The translations under genes were made by a program, and so were the position numbers. This document shows positions 1 to 10,927 of a stretch of DNA of 64,000 nt, in pieces. Numbering within the stretch: the stretch's first letter is position 1; the number at the start of each line of letters is the position of its first letter. This DNA comes from a bacterium (GTDB lineage: Bacteria > UBA8248). The stretch is from assembly GCA_965203325.1 (NCBI GenBank), contig OZ241875.1, positions 480,001 through 544,000 of the forward strand, written 5' to 3'. The notes under the pieces were generated by a model. The model did not search any database. It worked only from the letters and a program-made list of their open reading frames with translations, and was not told the DNA's origin.

Positions 1-719
1 ATGATGGTCATGCCAATATCTTGGAGGAATGCGGAGTCGATAGAAAGCTTGTCAGCCAGACCGCCCGTCCAACGTCCGTAGGAAACTCCGTTGCGAGTCC
101 CCAGAATCCGGACATCATCGCCGTCCTGAAGATTCGGGGCTATTGTATTTCTGCTGCGTCTTTCCGCCGCTGTTCGTGTCGTCTGAAGGTCGAAAGTGTC
201 GCTTCCGGATAGTAGGGGCGTGAGGGAAAGACCCTCCTTGATAGCCTGGCTCCGCCGATGCCCCCAGTGATCGAACAGGTCAGCGGCTTCTGGATTGTTG
301 CGTGGAAGATTGGATAGACGCCGGCCGCCAGACCTCGTTCCACTCGGGGTTGTGCCTCCGGTCAACAAGGAATCTTCCCGCACCGTGAGACGTTCGTCTG
401 AGACAGCGCCGGGGCCTGTATCCAGACCGTTCGTGGGAAGATTCGGGTTCGATTTTGCTTGTGTAGCTATTGGTATAGCGGAGTCGCTAGCTGGCTCCGG
501 CTCATCGCCATATTCAGAGAATCCATCCGACACGGTCGTTGTTGTGCTGTTAGTAGGACTATGACCAAATAACGGAAGTACCGCTGCTTGTGGAGGTATG
601 GCGTCTCCACTTGGCAACGCGGTATCGAGGCCGATGCCATTACCGCGGCAGCCGGAGGAGGCAATGGCCGCTGCCAAGAACACCGTGACGAGTAAAAAAT
701 GAAGCTTCTTTTCACTCAT
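1..719 (-). CDS. Putative surface lipoprotein, partial (runs off the left edge; absent from the ORF track)
   Basis: Manual translation from ATG 719: MSEKKLHFLLVTVFLAAAIASSG-CRGNG... (signal peptide II/lipobox), followed by a low-complexity S/T/P linker; no stop seen before position 1; AGGAGG RBS upstream. Confidence 0.75.
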   Translation of the reverse strand, partial: MSEKKLHFLLVTVFLAAAIASSGCRGNGIGLDTALPSGDAIPPQAAVLPLFGHSPTNSTTTTVSDGFSEYGDEPEPASDSAIPIATQAKSNPNLPTNGLDTGPGAVSDERLTVREDSLLTGGTTPSGTRSGGRRLSNLPRNNPEAADLFDHWGHRRSQAIKEGLSLTPLLSGSDTFDLQTTRTAAERRSRNTIAPNLQDGDDVRILGTRNGVSYGRWTGGLADKLSIDSAFLQDIGMTI

Positions 720-991
720 TATCGCCTCCTGCCTGTAGTCGTTTCTTCAAGGCTGAAGTGCGGCATGAAGACTTTGGTGAGCATCTCTTATTCGTTACTT
801 TCGAACAGAACAACAATCTGTCGAAATTTTATGGAACAATATTTCTCCCGCCCAAGTAAGAAGAACTAATGCAAAATCAGGTGTTTGTCCTTCTTGGATA
901 TGCAAAGTAAATATCCATGGCATTGTGGCTAAGAACTGCATTCTCATGGTTGATTAATAATTATGGTAAGTATTTTGACGCTTCTTTCGCG

Positions 992-1007
992 TCCCCAGAT
1001 TTGGGGA
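992..1007. promoter_or_regulatory. Palindromic operator TCCCCA-N4-TGGGGA (copy 1), candidate site for the adjacent LuxR-type regulator
   Basis: TCCCCAGATTTGGGGA upstream of the lipoprotein gene; homologous copy at 2617-2634. Confidence 0.6.
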
Positions 1008-1082
1008 GAAATTGCGAAATTTTTTGCTTTTTGGGTGAAATTTTCGGGAAAACGAATGACCTCACCGCCGCGTCAGGACGGC

Positions 1083-2240
1083 TTATACATTCAGTATCGA
1101 GACTCTCTGAGCACCGGGCAGCGACAGCACAAGCCGCACCAGATCCACCTGCCGCGAGAGGCCGAGCTTGGAGAAAATTTGCTTCACGTGCGAGCGGATC
1201 GTGCTTTCCTTTCGGCCGAACGCCGCGGCGATCTGAGCGACGCTCCTGCCTTCGGCCAACAGCACCGCCACCTGACTCTCCATTTTCGTGAGGCCGAGGA
1301 GCGCCCCGGCCATGGCCGGATCGACGTTGCGCCGACTCGCCGGGTCCACGACCAGCATGAGCGCCGCGACCGGCCAAGCACTGTAGTCCGTTTCCTGTCG
1401 ACCCACCGGGTTGACGTGCACCGCCAACGGCAGGGCCGATGCGCGCCTCACCACCATCGAGCCGCCGATGCCCTGAGTCCGGAACGGCGGCAACGCCTGA
1501 TTCAGTACTCCCTGGAGTTTGGCGTTGTCCTGTGGCGCACGGGCGAACAGGAAACCGCGCGCATCGAACAGACCGTCTCCTGTCCGCAGCAAATCCCGGG
1601 CGAGGTCGTTCATTTCCACGATGCGCCCGTGTCGGTCGAGTTGGATGATGCCCGCCCCGGTGGTATCGAGCATCTGCGTGAGGGACGCACCCAGCGCACC
1701 AGCGCTACCCAGCGCCTGCCGGACGCGCATGTACTGACGGATATGGGGCAGGAGACGCCGGATAGAGTTGAGCTGGGCTGTCGACCAAGCGTCACCTTCA
1801 ACCGAATCGTGTACAATCCAGACAATACTTGAGCCAATAGGACCGTCCAGACGAAAATTAATGCTGTTTTGGGCGTACAAACGGTTTAAAAAATCGTTGT
1901 ATACCAAGGAGTTCTTCAGCTCCTTCTCGGTGAAAAGATCTGAAATATGGACCGGTTGGCTGTCGGGTATTTGCGACGCGCGCGGGACCCGCTCGTCCAG
2001 GGGGTAGTAGACCTCGAAGTACTCGCGTTCCAATTCGAGGTGCCGTTGCGCATGAAAGAAAATACCCAAAAAGAAGAACTCGATGTCCTCCCCCGAGTGT
2101 AGGTCACAGACCACAAGGCTGTTGCCGTGCACGCCGAGGGCATCGTCGATCAGCGCAGAGGCGCTCGACCAGCGGGTATCATCCAGCGCCGCTTCGTGCA
2201 TCGATGCCAAGATGCGCTCGAACGCCTCCTGATTGATCAT
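1083..2240 (-). CDS. LuxR/CsgD-type HTH transcriptional regulator with GAF/PAS-like sensor region
   Basis: C-terminal LTKMESQVAVLLAEGRSVAQIA...STIRSHVKQIFSKLGLSRQVDLV LuxR HTH; PAS-like GIIQLDRHGRIVEMNDLA. Confidence 0.9.
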   Translation of the reverse strand: MINQEAFERILASMHEAALDDTRWSSASALIDDALGVHGNSLVVCDLHSGEDIEFFFLGIFFHAQRHLELEREYFEVYYPLDERVPRASQIPDSQPVHISDLFTEKELKNSLVYNDFLNRLYAQNSINFRLDGPIGSSIVWIVHDSVEGDAWSTAQLNSIRRLLPHIRQYMRVRQALGSAGALGASLTQMLDTTGAGIIQLDRHGRIVEMNDLARDLLRTGDGLFDARGFLFARAPQDNAKLQGVLNQALPPFRTQGIGGSMVVRRASALPLAVHVNPVGRQETDYSAWPVAALMLVVDPASRRNVDPAMAGALLGLTKMESQVAVLLAEGRSVAQIAAAFGRKESTIRSHVKQIFSKLGLSRQVDLVRLVLSLPGAQRVSILNV

Positions 2241-2616
2241 GACGGCTGCTCTGCCGGCGGACGCACGGTCGGCCCATATTCCATTATATCAAGAGGCGAG
2301 TACCCTCTTTGGTTGCCCATATGACCCCTCGTAGTCATGGACACCGACATCGTTATGGGTAAATCGAACTGTTTCAACCACTACCGGATGACATTGGCGG
2401 CGTGATGCGCGGGCTGCCGGGACAAGAGATTGGTGGTCGCTGCGCCAAAGCCGTATACCCGGCCCGGAGTCATTTGAACACATCCGGGATCGCATCCCAA
2501 ATCGACGGTGTTCCACTCCGCCAAGCCGACCGGTGCAGGAGTATCTATCTATTCCTGGTCTGCGTGTTCAGGCCAAATAACAAAATTAAAGTATAAGATG
2601 TCGCAAGCTTCTATTC

Positions 2617-2634
2617 CTCCCCAATATTGGGGAG
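2617..2634. promoter_or_regulatory. Palindromic operator CTCCCCAATATTGGGGAG (copy 2)
   Basis: Perfect 18-bp palindrome; the following ~45 bp also resemble 1008-1050. Confidence 0.6.
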
Positions 2635-2919
2635 AGATAGCGAATTATTTCCCATTTTAGAGGGAATCTTCGGGAAGGTGGGCGACGCCAGCGCCGGTCT
2701 GGTATTGCTATTTCCTTTAGCCTGGGGACTTCGGTGCGCCTCGAAAATTACTCCCCCCTTGGGAGTTTGTTGAAAAAGTTCCGATTTCAAGATTCTGAGT
2801 ATTTTGACGACCAACGAGTGAGGAGACACCACGCCCATCTTGAACAGCCGTAACGACAGGTCGCGACCTGCCCTTCACACCGGAAAACAAAATGCCTTCA
2901 CCTTCACGCAACGGCCGGG

Positions 2920-3861
2920 CTAGTCGCGCCTGGCTCCGAATGCGCCGGAAACATCATGAATATCTCCACCGACCCCCTCATTTTCAGCAGCAGACGCCCC
3001 GAAACTGAACAAGCCGCCCACTTCCTCATGGTTTTGGCCATAGAACCGGCCGGAAACGCCTCTCCTCGCCGGATGCCGGCTGGCATCCGCCTCACCTTCG
3101 CCCACAGGAGCGACTCCGAACGATCCGTCCTTGAGCGCCAGCCCTTCCCAGGAAACATCATCGAAACGGACACCCGTTCGTTCGTCTTTCATATTCGTGA
3201 ACTCGACATCGACCAGCAGATCAGGATTTCCTCCCGGACGGGAAACCGTTATTTCGGCATCGCCCCTGACGAAACCACCCGGCTCGGCGATACGGATACC
3301 AACCATAATCCCGGACCACGTCACGGCGCCGCCGACCAGAACATCCGGATTCGAATCTGCCGCGTTTCCTATCGAATAAGCGCCATAGTAATTTGCGGAA
3401 ACCCGGTTTTCTCCAGACGCCAAATCGATTCTGGGCGTCTTGATGAGGAAAAAACTATGGTCGATCCAGCCGGCCAGGGCGCGGTAGCTGGTCGCATCGC
3501 CCCCTCCTCTTGAAACGCCTGTCCTTTCCGCCAAAGACACGCCGCGACGGCGTTCGATGAAAAGAAAACCGGAAAAGTCAAACTCGCCGACCGCCCTGTA
3601 GTGAACCGGCCCGAGCCCTCCTTCACATCCTATGAGCAACGCCGCACAGGTAGCAGAGTCAGGAGGCGGAGGATCGGCGCCGAATCGAGCCAAGGCGGGA
3701 GATTTCGAATCGCTCCTCAAGTCGTTCAAAACGCCTTCGATTTCATTCGTCCCCGGAATCACGGACCCGGCTCCCTGACCGCCGCCTCCACAACCGGACA
3801 ACATCATCAGAAACGACACGACTGCTACAAGAAGTGAAAGCCGGTTCCTCCTGCTCCGCAT
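2920..3861 (-). CDS. Surface lipoprotein with transferrin-binding-protein-like (TbpB) C-terminal beta-barrel
   Basis: Lipobox LSG-C followed by a Gly run; C-terminal GRFYGQNHEEVGGLF...VSGAFGARR typical of TbpB/Slam-exported barrels. Confidence 0.75.
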   Translation of the reverse strand: MRSRRNRLSLLVAVVSFLMMLSGCGGGGQGAGSVIPGTNEIEGVLNDLRSDSKSPALARFGADPPPPDSATCAALLIGCEGGLGPVHYRAVGEFDFSGFLFIERRRGVSLAERTGVSRGGGDATSYRALAGWIDHSFFLIKTPRIDLASGENRVSANYYGAYSIGNAADSNPDVLVGGAVTWSGIMVGIRIAEPGGFVRGDAEITVSRPGGNPDLLVDVEFTNMKDERTGVRFDDVSWEGLALKDGSFGVAPVGEGEADASRHPARRGVSGRFYGQNHEEVGGLFSFGASAAENEGVGGDIHDVSGAFGARRD

Positions 3862-4075
3862 CCTGCGTCCCTCCGGTTGCTCCGGGTTTCAGGTGCACGA
3901 CTCCGCGCGCAGATTGCGCCAGGCTCAAAATGCGTTCCTCTCGGGGCACACTTGGTCTTGCTTTCGGCATTCCGCCTTTGGTTCGACGGGCCTCAAGCAG
4001 ACGGTTCTCCGGCAGGTTAGCCCAGGGCCGGACCCGGAACAATGGCGAGATGAAGACAGGCAAGCCGGCAAGCTC

Positions 4076-4099
4076 GGACAGGTCGCGACCTGTCCCTAC
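4076..4099. repeat. REP-like palindrome GGACAGGTCGCGACCTGTCC(CTAC)
   Basis: Perfect 20-bp palindrome; related copies at 2855-2873, 37573-37600 and variant at 31621-31646. Confidence 0.75.
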
Positions 4100-4223
4100 G
4101 GTTCGATGAAACATCCCGTAGGGCCGAACGCACAAGGGCGGACACATCGGTCCCCGGACAGGCGCAGGGGCCTGTCCGGCTACGGCGCCAAACCCGAGCG
4201 ATGCCGCGCCCGCTCGTGACCGA

Positions 4224-5540
4224 TCAGGCGCCCATCTTCTTGTCGAGGAACGAATCCTTGAGGTATTTCACGGCGCGCTCGAGCTGGGTGTCTTTCTGCT
4301 CCTCATCGGGGCTTTTCGCCGGGCCGGCTCGCGGGCCGCCCGGGGTGTCTTCTTTTTGTTCCCCGTTCTTCTCCGCCGCGCCAGGCAGATGACCGGGCAG
4401 GTCCTTCTCGCGCACCGCGCGCATGGGGCCCGAGCCTCTTTCCACCTCGCTCACGATGTCGGGTTCGATTCCCTCGCCCTGGATGCGCTTCCCCTTGGGC
4501 GTGAAATAGAGCGCTGTGGTCAACCGAAGCCCCGAGCCGTCGGAGAGCGGAACGACGGTCTGCACCGAGCCCTTGCCGAACGTCTTGACGCCGATGAGCT
4601 TGGCCCTTTCGAGGTCCTGAAGCGCGCCCGCCACGATCTCCGACGCGCTGGCGCTGCCCGCATTGACGAGCACCGCCATGGGAATCTCGCCGCCCGGCAC
4701 CTCATGCGTGGAAGTGAAGCGGTGCTCCTGGTCGGTCATGCGGCCCTTGGTGTAGACGATGAGGCTGCCCGCCTTCAGGAATATGTCGGACACCGAAACC
4801 GCCTGGGAGAGGAGTCCGCCCGGATTGTTCCTCAAGTCAAGCACCAGGGCTCTCGCGCCCTCATCCTTGAGCGAGGCGAGGGCGTCCTTGACTTCGCGGC
4901 CCGTGCCGTTCTGGAAGCTGCGAACCCGGATGTAGGCGATGTCCTCGGGCAGCATCCGGCTTCTCACGCTCTTGATGCGGATGATCCGGCGCGTGATGGT
5001 GAAGGGGAGCAATTCCTCCTCCCCTTCGCGCCTCACGGAGATCTTCACCTTCGTGCCGGGCTTGCCCCGAAGCTTCTTGACGACCTCCTGGAGCGAGAGG
5101 TCCTTCGTGGGTTCTTTCTCGATGAGGATGATTTGATCGCCCGCCTGCACGCCGACCTTGTACGCCGGGGTATCCTCGATGGGCGTCACCACGGTCAGCA
5201 CGCCGTCGCGGATTGAAATCTCCACGCCCAGGCCCCCGAAGCGGCCCGTGGTCTCCACCTGCATCTCCTTGAAGAATTCGGGATTCAGATAGGTCGTATG
5301 GGGGTCGAGCGTGCGGAGCATTCCCCGGATGGCGCCGCGGATGAGCTTCTTCGCGTCCACCTTGTTGACGTAGTTCTCCTCGACGAGGCTCAGGACCTCG
5401 CTGAAGGCTCTCAGTTCAGAATACGCGCCCGTCTCGCTCGCCGCCGGATTCACGACGGGGCTCGCCGCCATCCCCGCAACGAGCAGCGCCAGGGCGCCGG
5501 CCCAAATCATCCATCCCGACAAACGGTATTTCTTTGACAT
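4224..5540 (-). CDS. ctpA: Carboxyl-terminal processing protease, S41 family (PDZ + peptidase)
   Basis: LDPHT, GLGV PDZ, DLRNNPGGLL, SASASEIVAGALQD, TFGKGSVQ motifs; GAGGAG RBS before ATG 5540. Confidence 0.95.
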   Translation of the reverse strand: MSKKYRLSGWMIWAGALALLVAGMAASPVVNPAASETGAYSELRAFSEVLSLVEENYVNKVDAKKLIRGAIRGMLRTLDPHTTYLNPEFFKEMQVETTGRFGGLGVEISIRDGVLTVVTPIEDTPAYKVGVQAGDQIILIEKEPTKDLSLQEVVKKLRGKPGTKVKISVRREGEEELLPFTITRRIIRIKSVRSRMLPEDIAYIRVRSFQNGTGREVKDALASLKDEGARALVLDLRNNPGGLLSQAVSVSDIFLKAGSLIVYTKGRMTDQEHRFTSTHEVPGGEIPMAVLVNAGSASASEIVAGALQDLERAKLIGVKTFGKGSVQTVVPLSDGSGLRLTTALYFTPKGKRIQGEGIEPDIVSEVERGSGPMRAVREKDLPGHLPGAAEKNGEQKEDTPGGPRAGPAKSPDEEQKDTQLERAVKYLKDSFLDKKMGA

Positions 5541-5820
5541 CTCTCGCTCCTCTGACAATGCGGCACAAAGAGATAATTTTACTCCACGGGGCGCGAGAAC
5601 GCCACACGAAAGCGTCGGTTCGGGTCCAGGGGAAAATGCGGGCGGGTGCGAACGGGAAGCGTTTGAATTTCGATAAATTGAAATATCAAGCCATCCCGAT
5701 TATCCAGAATCTCTTCATGGTATTCCCTCCTTTATCGGCCGACTGAAGGCTGAATTATCTTGAATTCCTCAAACACGACCCCACCTGCGTAACCCCTGAA
5801 AACGAAATTCCTCCAGCGGG

Positions 5821-6669
5821 TCAGGCTGCCACCGTTATCCGCCGCTTGATGAATTCGTCAAACTTTTCAACCATCTGCGGCGTGTACTTGGCCCATTCCT
5901 CCGGCGGCGTGGCGTCAACGTCGAGAACCGGCATACCGAGATCGACCAGTTCGCTGCCGGGAATCAGCTTCTGGGTGTCGAACGAAGCCTCGCGCCGATG
6001 GTGGCGGTCATTCCCGCAGAACAACAGCGCGGGAACCTTTATATTTCTCAGGTCCTCCTCGCTCGCTCCGATCATCGGCTGGTTCGCGTCCGATATGAAG
6101 GAGACCATCCACCGCACCATGACTTCGATGAAATCTTCGGGATCCGTCGCCATCAGGATATCGCGGTTCCGCGGGTTTTCCCTGACCCGCTCGGAGAAGA
6201 ATTCCGTTTCGCAGACTGCCTCCATGCCGCCGAGGCCGGCCGCCTTGATATATTCGGTGTAATATCGAACGCCGAGATTCAGGGTGGCGTACGCGCCTCC
6301 GGATATTTTCCAGAGCAACAACCCGGAGACGGCTTCGGGGTGACGGATGGCGAAGGTGACCGAGGTCCGGCAGCCGGACGATCCGCCGCCGGCGACGCAG
6401 GGCTGCGCGCCGAGTTGTTTCGTCAACTCGAAAAGATCGTCGGCCCATTCGTCGAACTCGGAAGCACCGCCCGAGATACCGACATCCGACGCGCCGCAAT
6501 TGCGGCGATCAAAAATCAGGACGCGATAGCCCTTGCCGGCGAGCGACTCGGCCATCTCCTGAACCCCCGCCATCCCCACCCGCCCGCCAGGGGACAACGC
6601 GACCCAGGGACCCGTATCGCCGAGCACGTCGTAGTTCATCTGAATTCCGCGTATCTGAGCTACAGGCAT
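5821..6669 (-). CDS. Alpha/beta-fold hydrolase
   Basis: DRRNCGAS motif, nucleophile elbow GGSSG, C-terminal GNDRHH. Confidence 0.85.
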   Translation of the reverse strand: MPVAQIRGIQMNYDVLGDTGPWVALSPGGRVGMAGVQEMAESLAGKGYRVLIFDRRNCGASDVGISGGASEFDEWADDLFELTKQLGAQPCVAGGGSSGCRTSVTFAIRHPEAVSGLLLWKISGGAYATLNLGVRYYTEYIKAAGLGGMEAVCETEFFSERVRENPRNRDILMATDPEDFIEVMVRWMVSFISDANQPMIGASEEDLRNIKVPALLFCGNDRHHRREASFDTQKLIPGSELVDLGMPVLDVDATPPEEWAKYTPQMVEKFDEFIKRRITVAA

Positions 6670-6726
6670 TTTTGATTACCCCCTTGACGGCATAAACGTC
6701 TGATTTCAAAACTCCTGTGCCCGGCG

Positions 6727-7206
6727 TCAGCCGGTAATCTCGAGTTCTTTCCCGTTGATGACGACGGGGTCGGCGGCGAGAAGAACGAACGCGATAACAC
6801 AGGGCTCCGCACCGTTGTTGACCCAGTTGTGAATCGTGCCGCGCTGCACGCACACGTCGCCCTCCTTCAGATGCACGATGACGCCGTCATCGAGCGCCAT
6901 GTCTATCTCGCCCTTGAGGATCACCAGATAGTCGAGCGAATGAGTGCGGTGCATTCGGGACGCAACGCCGGGACCATATTGTGTGATCCTGATCTTCGAG
7001 GCCGTCGAACCCGGCGCCCCGGGTTCAATCGCCTTGCCGTCGGCGTCGGTATTCTGGTCGGCCGGATATACGTCGGTGGCCCATACGCCATGCCCCTCGT
7101 GTCCGGGCCTGATTGACCGGGGCTCGCTCATCAACTCGTCGATCTTGACGACCGCCTTGCCATTCTCATCATGCCCGGTCACGACCCGTCTTAGCGAAAA
7201 CGCCAC
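6727..7206 (-). CDS. Cupin-domain protein
   Basis: RRVVTGHDENGKAV start; MHRTHSLDY and QRGTIHNW cupin motifs. Confidence 0.9.
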   Translation of the reverse strand: MAFSLRRVVTGHDENGKAVVKIDELMSEPRSIRPGHEGHGVWATDVYPADQNTDADGKAIEPGAPGSTASKIRITQYGPGVASRMHRTHSLDYLVILKGEIDMALDDGVIVHLKEGDVCVQRGTIHNWVNNGAEPCVIAFVLLAADPVVINGKELEITG

Positions 7207-7238
7207 TTTGTACCTCCTCGTCCTTTATAAGCCTGTCA

Positions 7239-8168
7239 CTACCGCTTCCCTGTTTTTTCGACCTCATTGGAGCCATGCGCGCCATCCACGGAAAACAGCG
7301 ATTGATTCCTGGATGGCGGCATATATCTTTCCCTGAGATGCCTGAGGCCCGGGCCAAACGATTTCTCAAGCATTTCGCTATGCTTCCCGTAAATTTCAGC
7401 CAAATAGAACTCATGAAGGAAATATCCCTCGAGGACATAAACCATGGACTGATTGCGAGAATAGGAACCTCCCCATTCCTCTCCCGAAACAGCCACCAGC
7501 ATATCGGTGGAATCCACCGACATCGAAATTTTCGTATTGGACAAAGAGGTGACCTTGACCCCGGTGCTCTCGTGGGGAATTACGATCAACTCAGGATACC
7601 GTTCGATTTTTTCGGCGGCGTCGTTATAGAGAATCAGTATGATCTCTACTCCGCGGCCAGCCGCAGCCTTGAGATCTTCCAGATAAGAATCGACCGCTCC
7701 CTCGAACGCTTTTATCCAGACGTGGCGTTTCGCGCCTGCGATCAATTCTGAAATTTTATTCTGAATTTTCTTTTTTCCGGCCAGTGTCCAGATATACATC
7801 TGCTCATTCGAGTCGGATTTCTTCTTCAAGGCCGTGGAAAGTTCCTGGCAGATTTTCCGCGTATTATCGACGACTCCCGAGAGGTACTCTTCCGGATCGT
7901 GGGGAATATATCTCACGGGGTCTTCGCTGATGGGCTGAACGGCCCCTTTCGACTCCAGAGATTTCAAAACGTCATAGGCATTGCTTCGGGGAAGCCGGGC
8001 GGCCTTGCCTATCTCGTAGCCGGTCGCCGGATGGCACTCACAGATGGCCAGATAAACGCGGGATTCATGATCGGTAAAACCGAGTTGCCTGAGGCTGCCC
8101 AGAATCTCCTGCGAGGTTGGCGGGGTCTCAGCGACAACGTTTACCACCTTCCCATTCGACCGGACCAT
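7239..8168 (-). CDS. TrmB-family transcriptional regulator
   Basis: LGFTDHESRVYLAI...PRSNAYDVLKSLESKG wHTH followed by PLD-like effector domain (ELIAGAKRHVWI). Confidence 0.9.
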   Translation of the reverse strand: MVRSNGKVVNVVAETPPTSQEILGSLRQLGFTDHESRVYLAICECHPATGYEIGKAARLPRSNAYDVLKSLESKGAVQPISEDPVRYIPHDPEEYLSGVVDNTRKICQELSTALKKKSDSNEQMYIWTLAGKKKIQNKISELIAGAKRHVWIKAFEGAVDSYLEDLKAAAGRGVEIILILYNDAAEKIERYPELIVIPHESTGVKVTSLSNTKISMSVDSTDMLVAVSGEEWGGSYSRNQSMVYVLEGYFLHEFYLAEIYGKHSEMLEKSFGPGLRHLRERYMPPSRNQSLFSVDGAHGSNEVEKTGKR

Positions 8169-8761
8169 TCGGATTCTCCACTATCAATATGTTTCTTCCG
8201 CATCGCAATTCGTCTGAAACAGCAATCGCAAACTCAAACGCTTTCGATATTTCCCTGATATGGTCGAGCTGAAATTCCAGCATCCAAAATTCCGCATCCA
8301 GCGGATGCCTGGCCTCATCTCTCGAATTACACGCCAACGACTCACGGCCCGGCGGCTTTTCGTCTGGAATACATATAATCTAGTATATATTCGTAGTATT
8401 TACAACTACTATATGAACCGAATTGTTTCCTCTTTCGCCCGTTCAGAGGCGGAGAAGTGCTTTTGGCGGGCGGGCGCAGTCCGGTCAAGTTTCAGGGCGC
8501 GGAGGCGGCGCGGAACGAAGGATCCGGGTGGTCGCTCCGGCGAGGCGCAGAACCTGAAAAATGCAAAAAATAATATGTGAAAAATTCGAGAAATATCGAT
8601 AAATTAACGGGGTATTTCGATAAATTCACGAGGGTTTTCAATCTATTTTTGATTCATGCGGAGGCGCAATTAGCCCCCGCCCGAAACAACCGTGAGGATA
8701 CACGTCCATGGAGGGGTTTGCGCAGCGGCAAATGCGCGCATCTGCGGGCAAATGCGCGGGT

Positions 8762-8777
8762 CGTTTCACGTGAAACG
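8762..8777. promoter_or_regulatory. parS: parS centromere-like site (ParB binding)
   Basis: Perfect 16-bp palindrome CGTTTCACGTGAAACG matching the bacterial parS consensus GTTTCACGTGAAAC. Confidence 0.8.
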
Positions 8778-8779
8778 GT

Positions 8780-10816
8780 TCAGAGGAGGTCTTTCACGCG
8801 CGCGGCGACGTTCTCCGCCGTGAGGCCGAAATGCGAATATATTTCCTTGTACGGCGCGCTCGCCCCGAATCGGTCGATGCCAATCACGGCGCCATCATCC
8901 CCCACCCACTCACGCCAGCCCATGGTGGCGCCCGCCTCGATCGCCACCCTCGCCTTCACCTCCGGCGGAAGAACGGAATCCCGATAGGCGGGGGATTGCC
9001 CTCGGAAAAGCTCCCAACTCGGCATACTCACGACCCGGGCATCGATTCCACCTGCTGCCAATTCGCTTTGCGCTTCCATCGCGAGATGAACCTCCGAGCC
9101 TGTGGCGATCAATACAGCTTGGGGGGAATTCCCACTCTCCGCCGAGATGGCATAGGCCCCTCGCGACAGGGCATCCGCTTCGTTCTCCCCCGAACGCTTC
9201 AAGATGGGCAGGCCCTGGCGGGTCAACACGAGCATGGTCGGACCCTCGAGGCGCTCGATCGCCACCCGCCAAGCGACAGCGGTTTCGTTCGCGTCGCATG
9301 GGCGAATGATGGTGAGGCCCGGCATGGCGCGAAGCGATGCGAGGTGCTCGATCGGCTGGTGGGTGGGGCCGTCCTCGCCCAAGCCGATGGAATCGTGCGT
9401 CATCACGTAGATGACGGGCAATTCCATCAGTGCCGCGAGGCGTATGGCCGGGCGGGCGTAATCGGTGAATGTGAAGAAAGTGGCCGCATAAGGACGAACA
9501 CCTCCGTGCAGGGCCATACCCGAGCAGGCGGCTCCCATGGCGTGTTCCCTGATGCCCCAGTTGATGTTGCGATTGGAGAAATCCCCCCTGGCGAAATTTC
9601 CCGATGCCTTGATGAGCGAGTTGTTTGAAGCCGCCAAGTCCGCGCTTCCACCGATAAGCCAGGGCATGGCGGGGGCGATTTCATTCAGTACTTCCCCGGA
9701 TGCCGCCCGCGTAGCAAGCGCCCCACCGTCAGCCTGGAACCGGGGAATGCGGCTCTCCCAACCAGCCGGCAGTTCTCCTTGAATCGCCGCCTGAAACTTC
9801 GCAGCCAACTCCGGATTCTCCGCTTCATATTTCGCGAACCGGCGATTCCAGTCCTCTTCAAGCGCGGCGCCGCGGGAAACCGCCTCTCCCATGTGAGTGG
9901 AGACCTCATCCGGCACCAGGAACGTCTCACTCTCAGGCCAGCCATAGCTTCTTTTCGTAGCCTCGACTTCTTCATCCCCCAAGGGAGCGCCATGCGCGCG
10001 TGCGGTATCCTGATATCGAGGCGAGCCATATCCGATGTGCGAGCGAACGACGATCAAGGACGGACGTTCAGCCTCTGCCTTCGCCAGATTGAGCGCACCG
10101 GAAATCCCGGATAAATCCTCCGCGCTGTCACCCAGGTTTTGCACATGCCAGTTGTACCCCTCAAAGCGCTTCCCTACATCATCGGAATAACTGAGCGACG
10201 TCTCGCCATCGATGGTAATGCGGTTATCGTCATAGACACAAATCAATTTGCCGAGACCCAGATGTCCAGCGAGGGATGCCGCTTCATGGGAGGCGCCTTC
10301 CATGATATCGCCGTCGCTCATGAACACGTACGTACGGTGATCCACTATCGAGTGGCCCGGTCGATTGAAAACGCTCGCCAAATGCGCCTCCGCCATTGCC
10401 ATGCCCAGTGCATTCATGAATCCCTGTCCCAGAGGGCCTGTGGTCGTCTCAACACCCGGCGTAAGCCCGTATTCGGGATGCCCCGGCGTCTTGCTTCCCC
10501 ACTGACGAAAACGGACGATCTCATGGAGCGGAAGGTCATAACCACTCAGATGGAGAACCGCGTAAAGAAGCATGGAGGCATGACCGCAAGAGAGCACGAA
10601 GCGGTCCCGGTCAAACCAGTCGGGATTTCGGGGATTATAGCGCAGGTGGTTCATCCACAATTCATACGCCAGCGGCGCCAGAGCCATTGGCGTTCCCGGA
10701 TGGCCGCTGTTCGCCTCTTGCACCGCATCCATCGAAAGTGTGCGTATGGTGTGAATCGATTGTTCGGAGATGCTCATGCCGGAAAACCGCTCTTTCTCCG
10801 TCGAGAATTTCGTCAT
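8780..10816 (-). CDS. tkt: Transketolase
   Basis: [47 protein letters not shown] motifs. Confidence 0.97.
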   Translation of the reverse strand: MTKFSTEKERFSGMSISEQSIHTIRTLSMDAVQEANSGHPGTPMALAPLAYELWMNHLRYNPRNPDWFDRDRFVLSCGHASMLLYAVLHLSGYDLPLHEIVRFRQWGSKTPGHPEYGLTPGVETTTGPLGQGFMNALGMAMAEAHLASVFNRPGHSIVDHRTYVFMSDGDIMEGASHEAASLAGHLGLGKLICVYDDNRITIDGETSLSYSDDVGKRFEGYNWHVQNLGDSAEDLSGISGALNLAKAEAERPSLIVVRSHIGYGSPRYQDTARAHGAPLGDEEVEATKRSYGWPESETFLVPDEVSTHMGEAVSRGAALEEDWNRRFAKYEAENPELAAKFQAAIQGELPAGWESRIPRFQADGGALATRAASGEVLNEIAPAMPWLIGGSADLAASNNSLIKASGNFARGDFSNRNINWGIREHAMGAACSGMALHGGVRPYAATFFTFTDYARPAIRLAALMELPVIYVMTHDSIGLGEDGPTHQPIEHLASLRAMPGLTIIRPCDANETAVAWRVAIERLEGPTMLVLTRQGLPILKRSGENEADALSRGAYAISAESGNSPQAVLIATGSEVHLAMEAQSELAAGGIDARVVSMPSWELFRGQSPAYRDSVLPPEVKARVAIEAGATMGWREWVGDDGAVIGIDRFGASAPYKEIYSHFGLTAENVAARVKDLL

Positions 10817-10927
10817 GCCTGATATGCTCGCTTACAGGGGGAAGAAACTAAAAAAGCCGGTTCTATGCCACGCCCCGCCATCGGGGTCCGATATTTCATG
10901 CAATCCATTCAATGTGCGCGGATCAGG

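Noticed and set aside
8393..8409. GTAGT-N7-ACTAC inverted repeat as TrmB operator
   Set aside because: Only 5-bp arms and a single occurrence; could be chance in an AT-rich promoter
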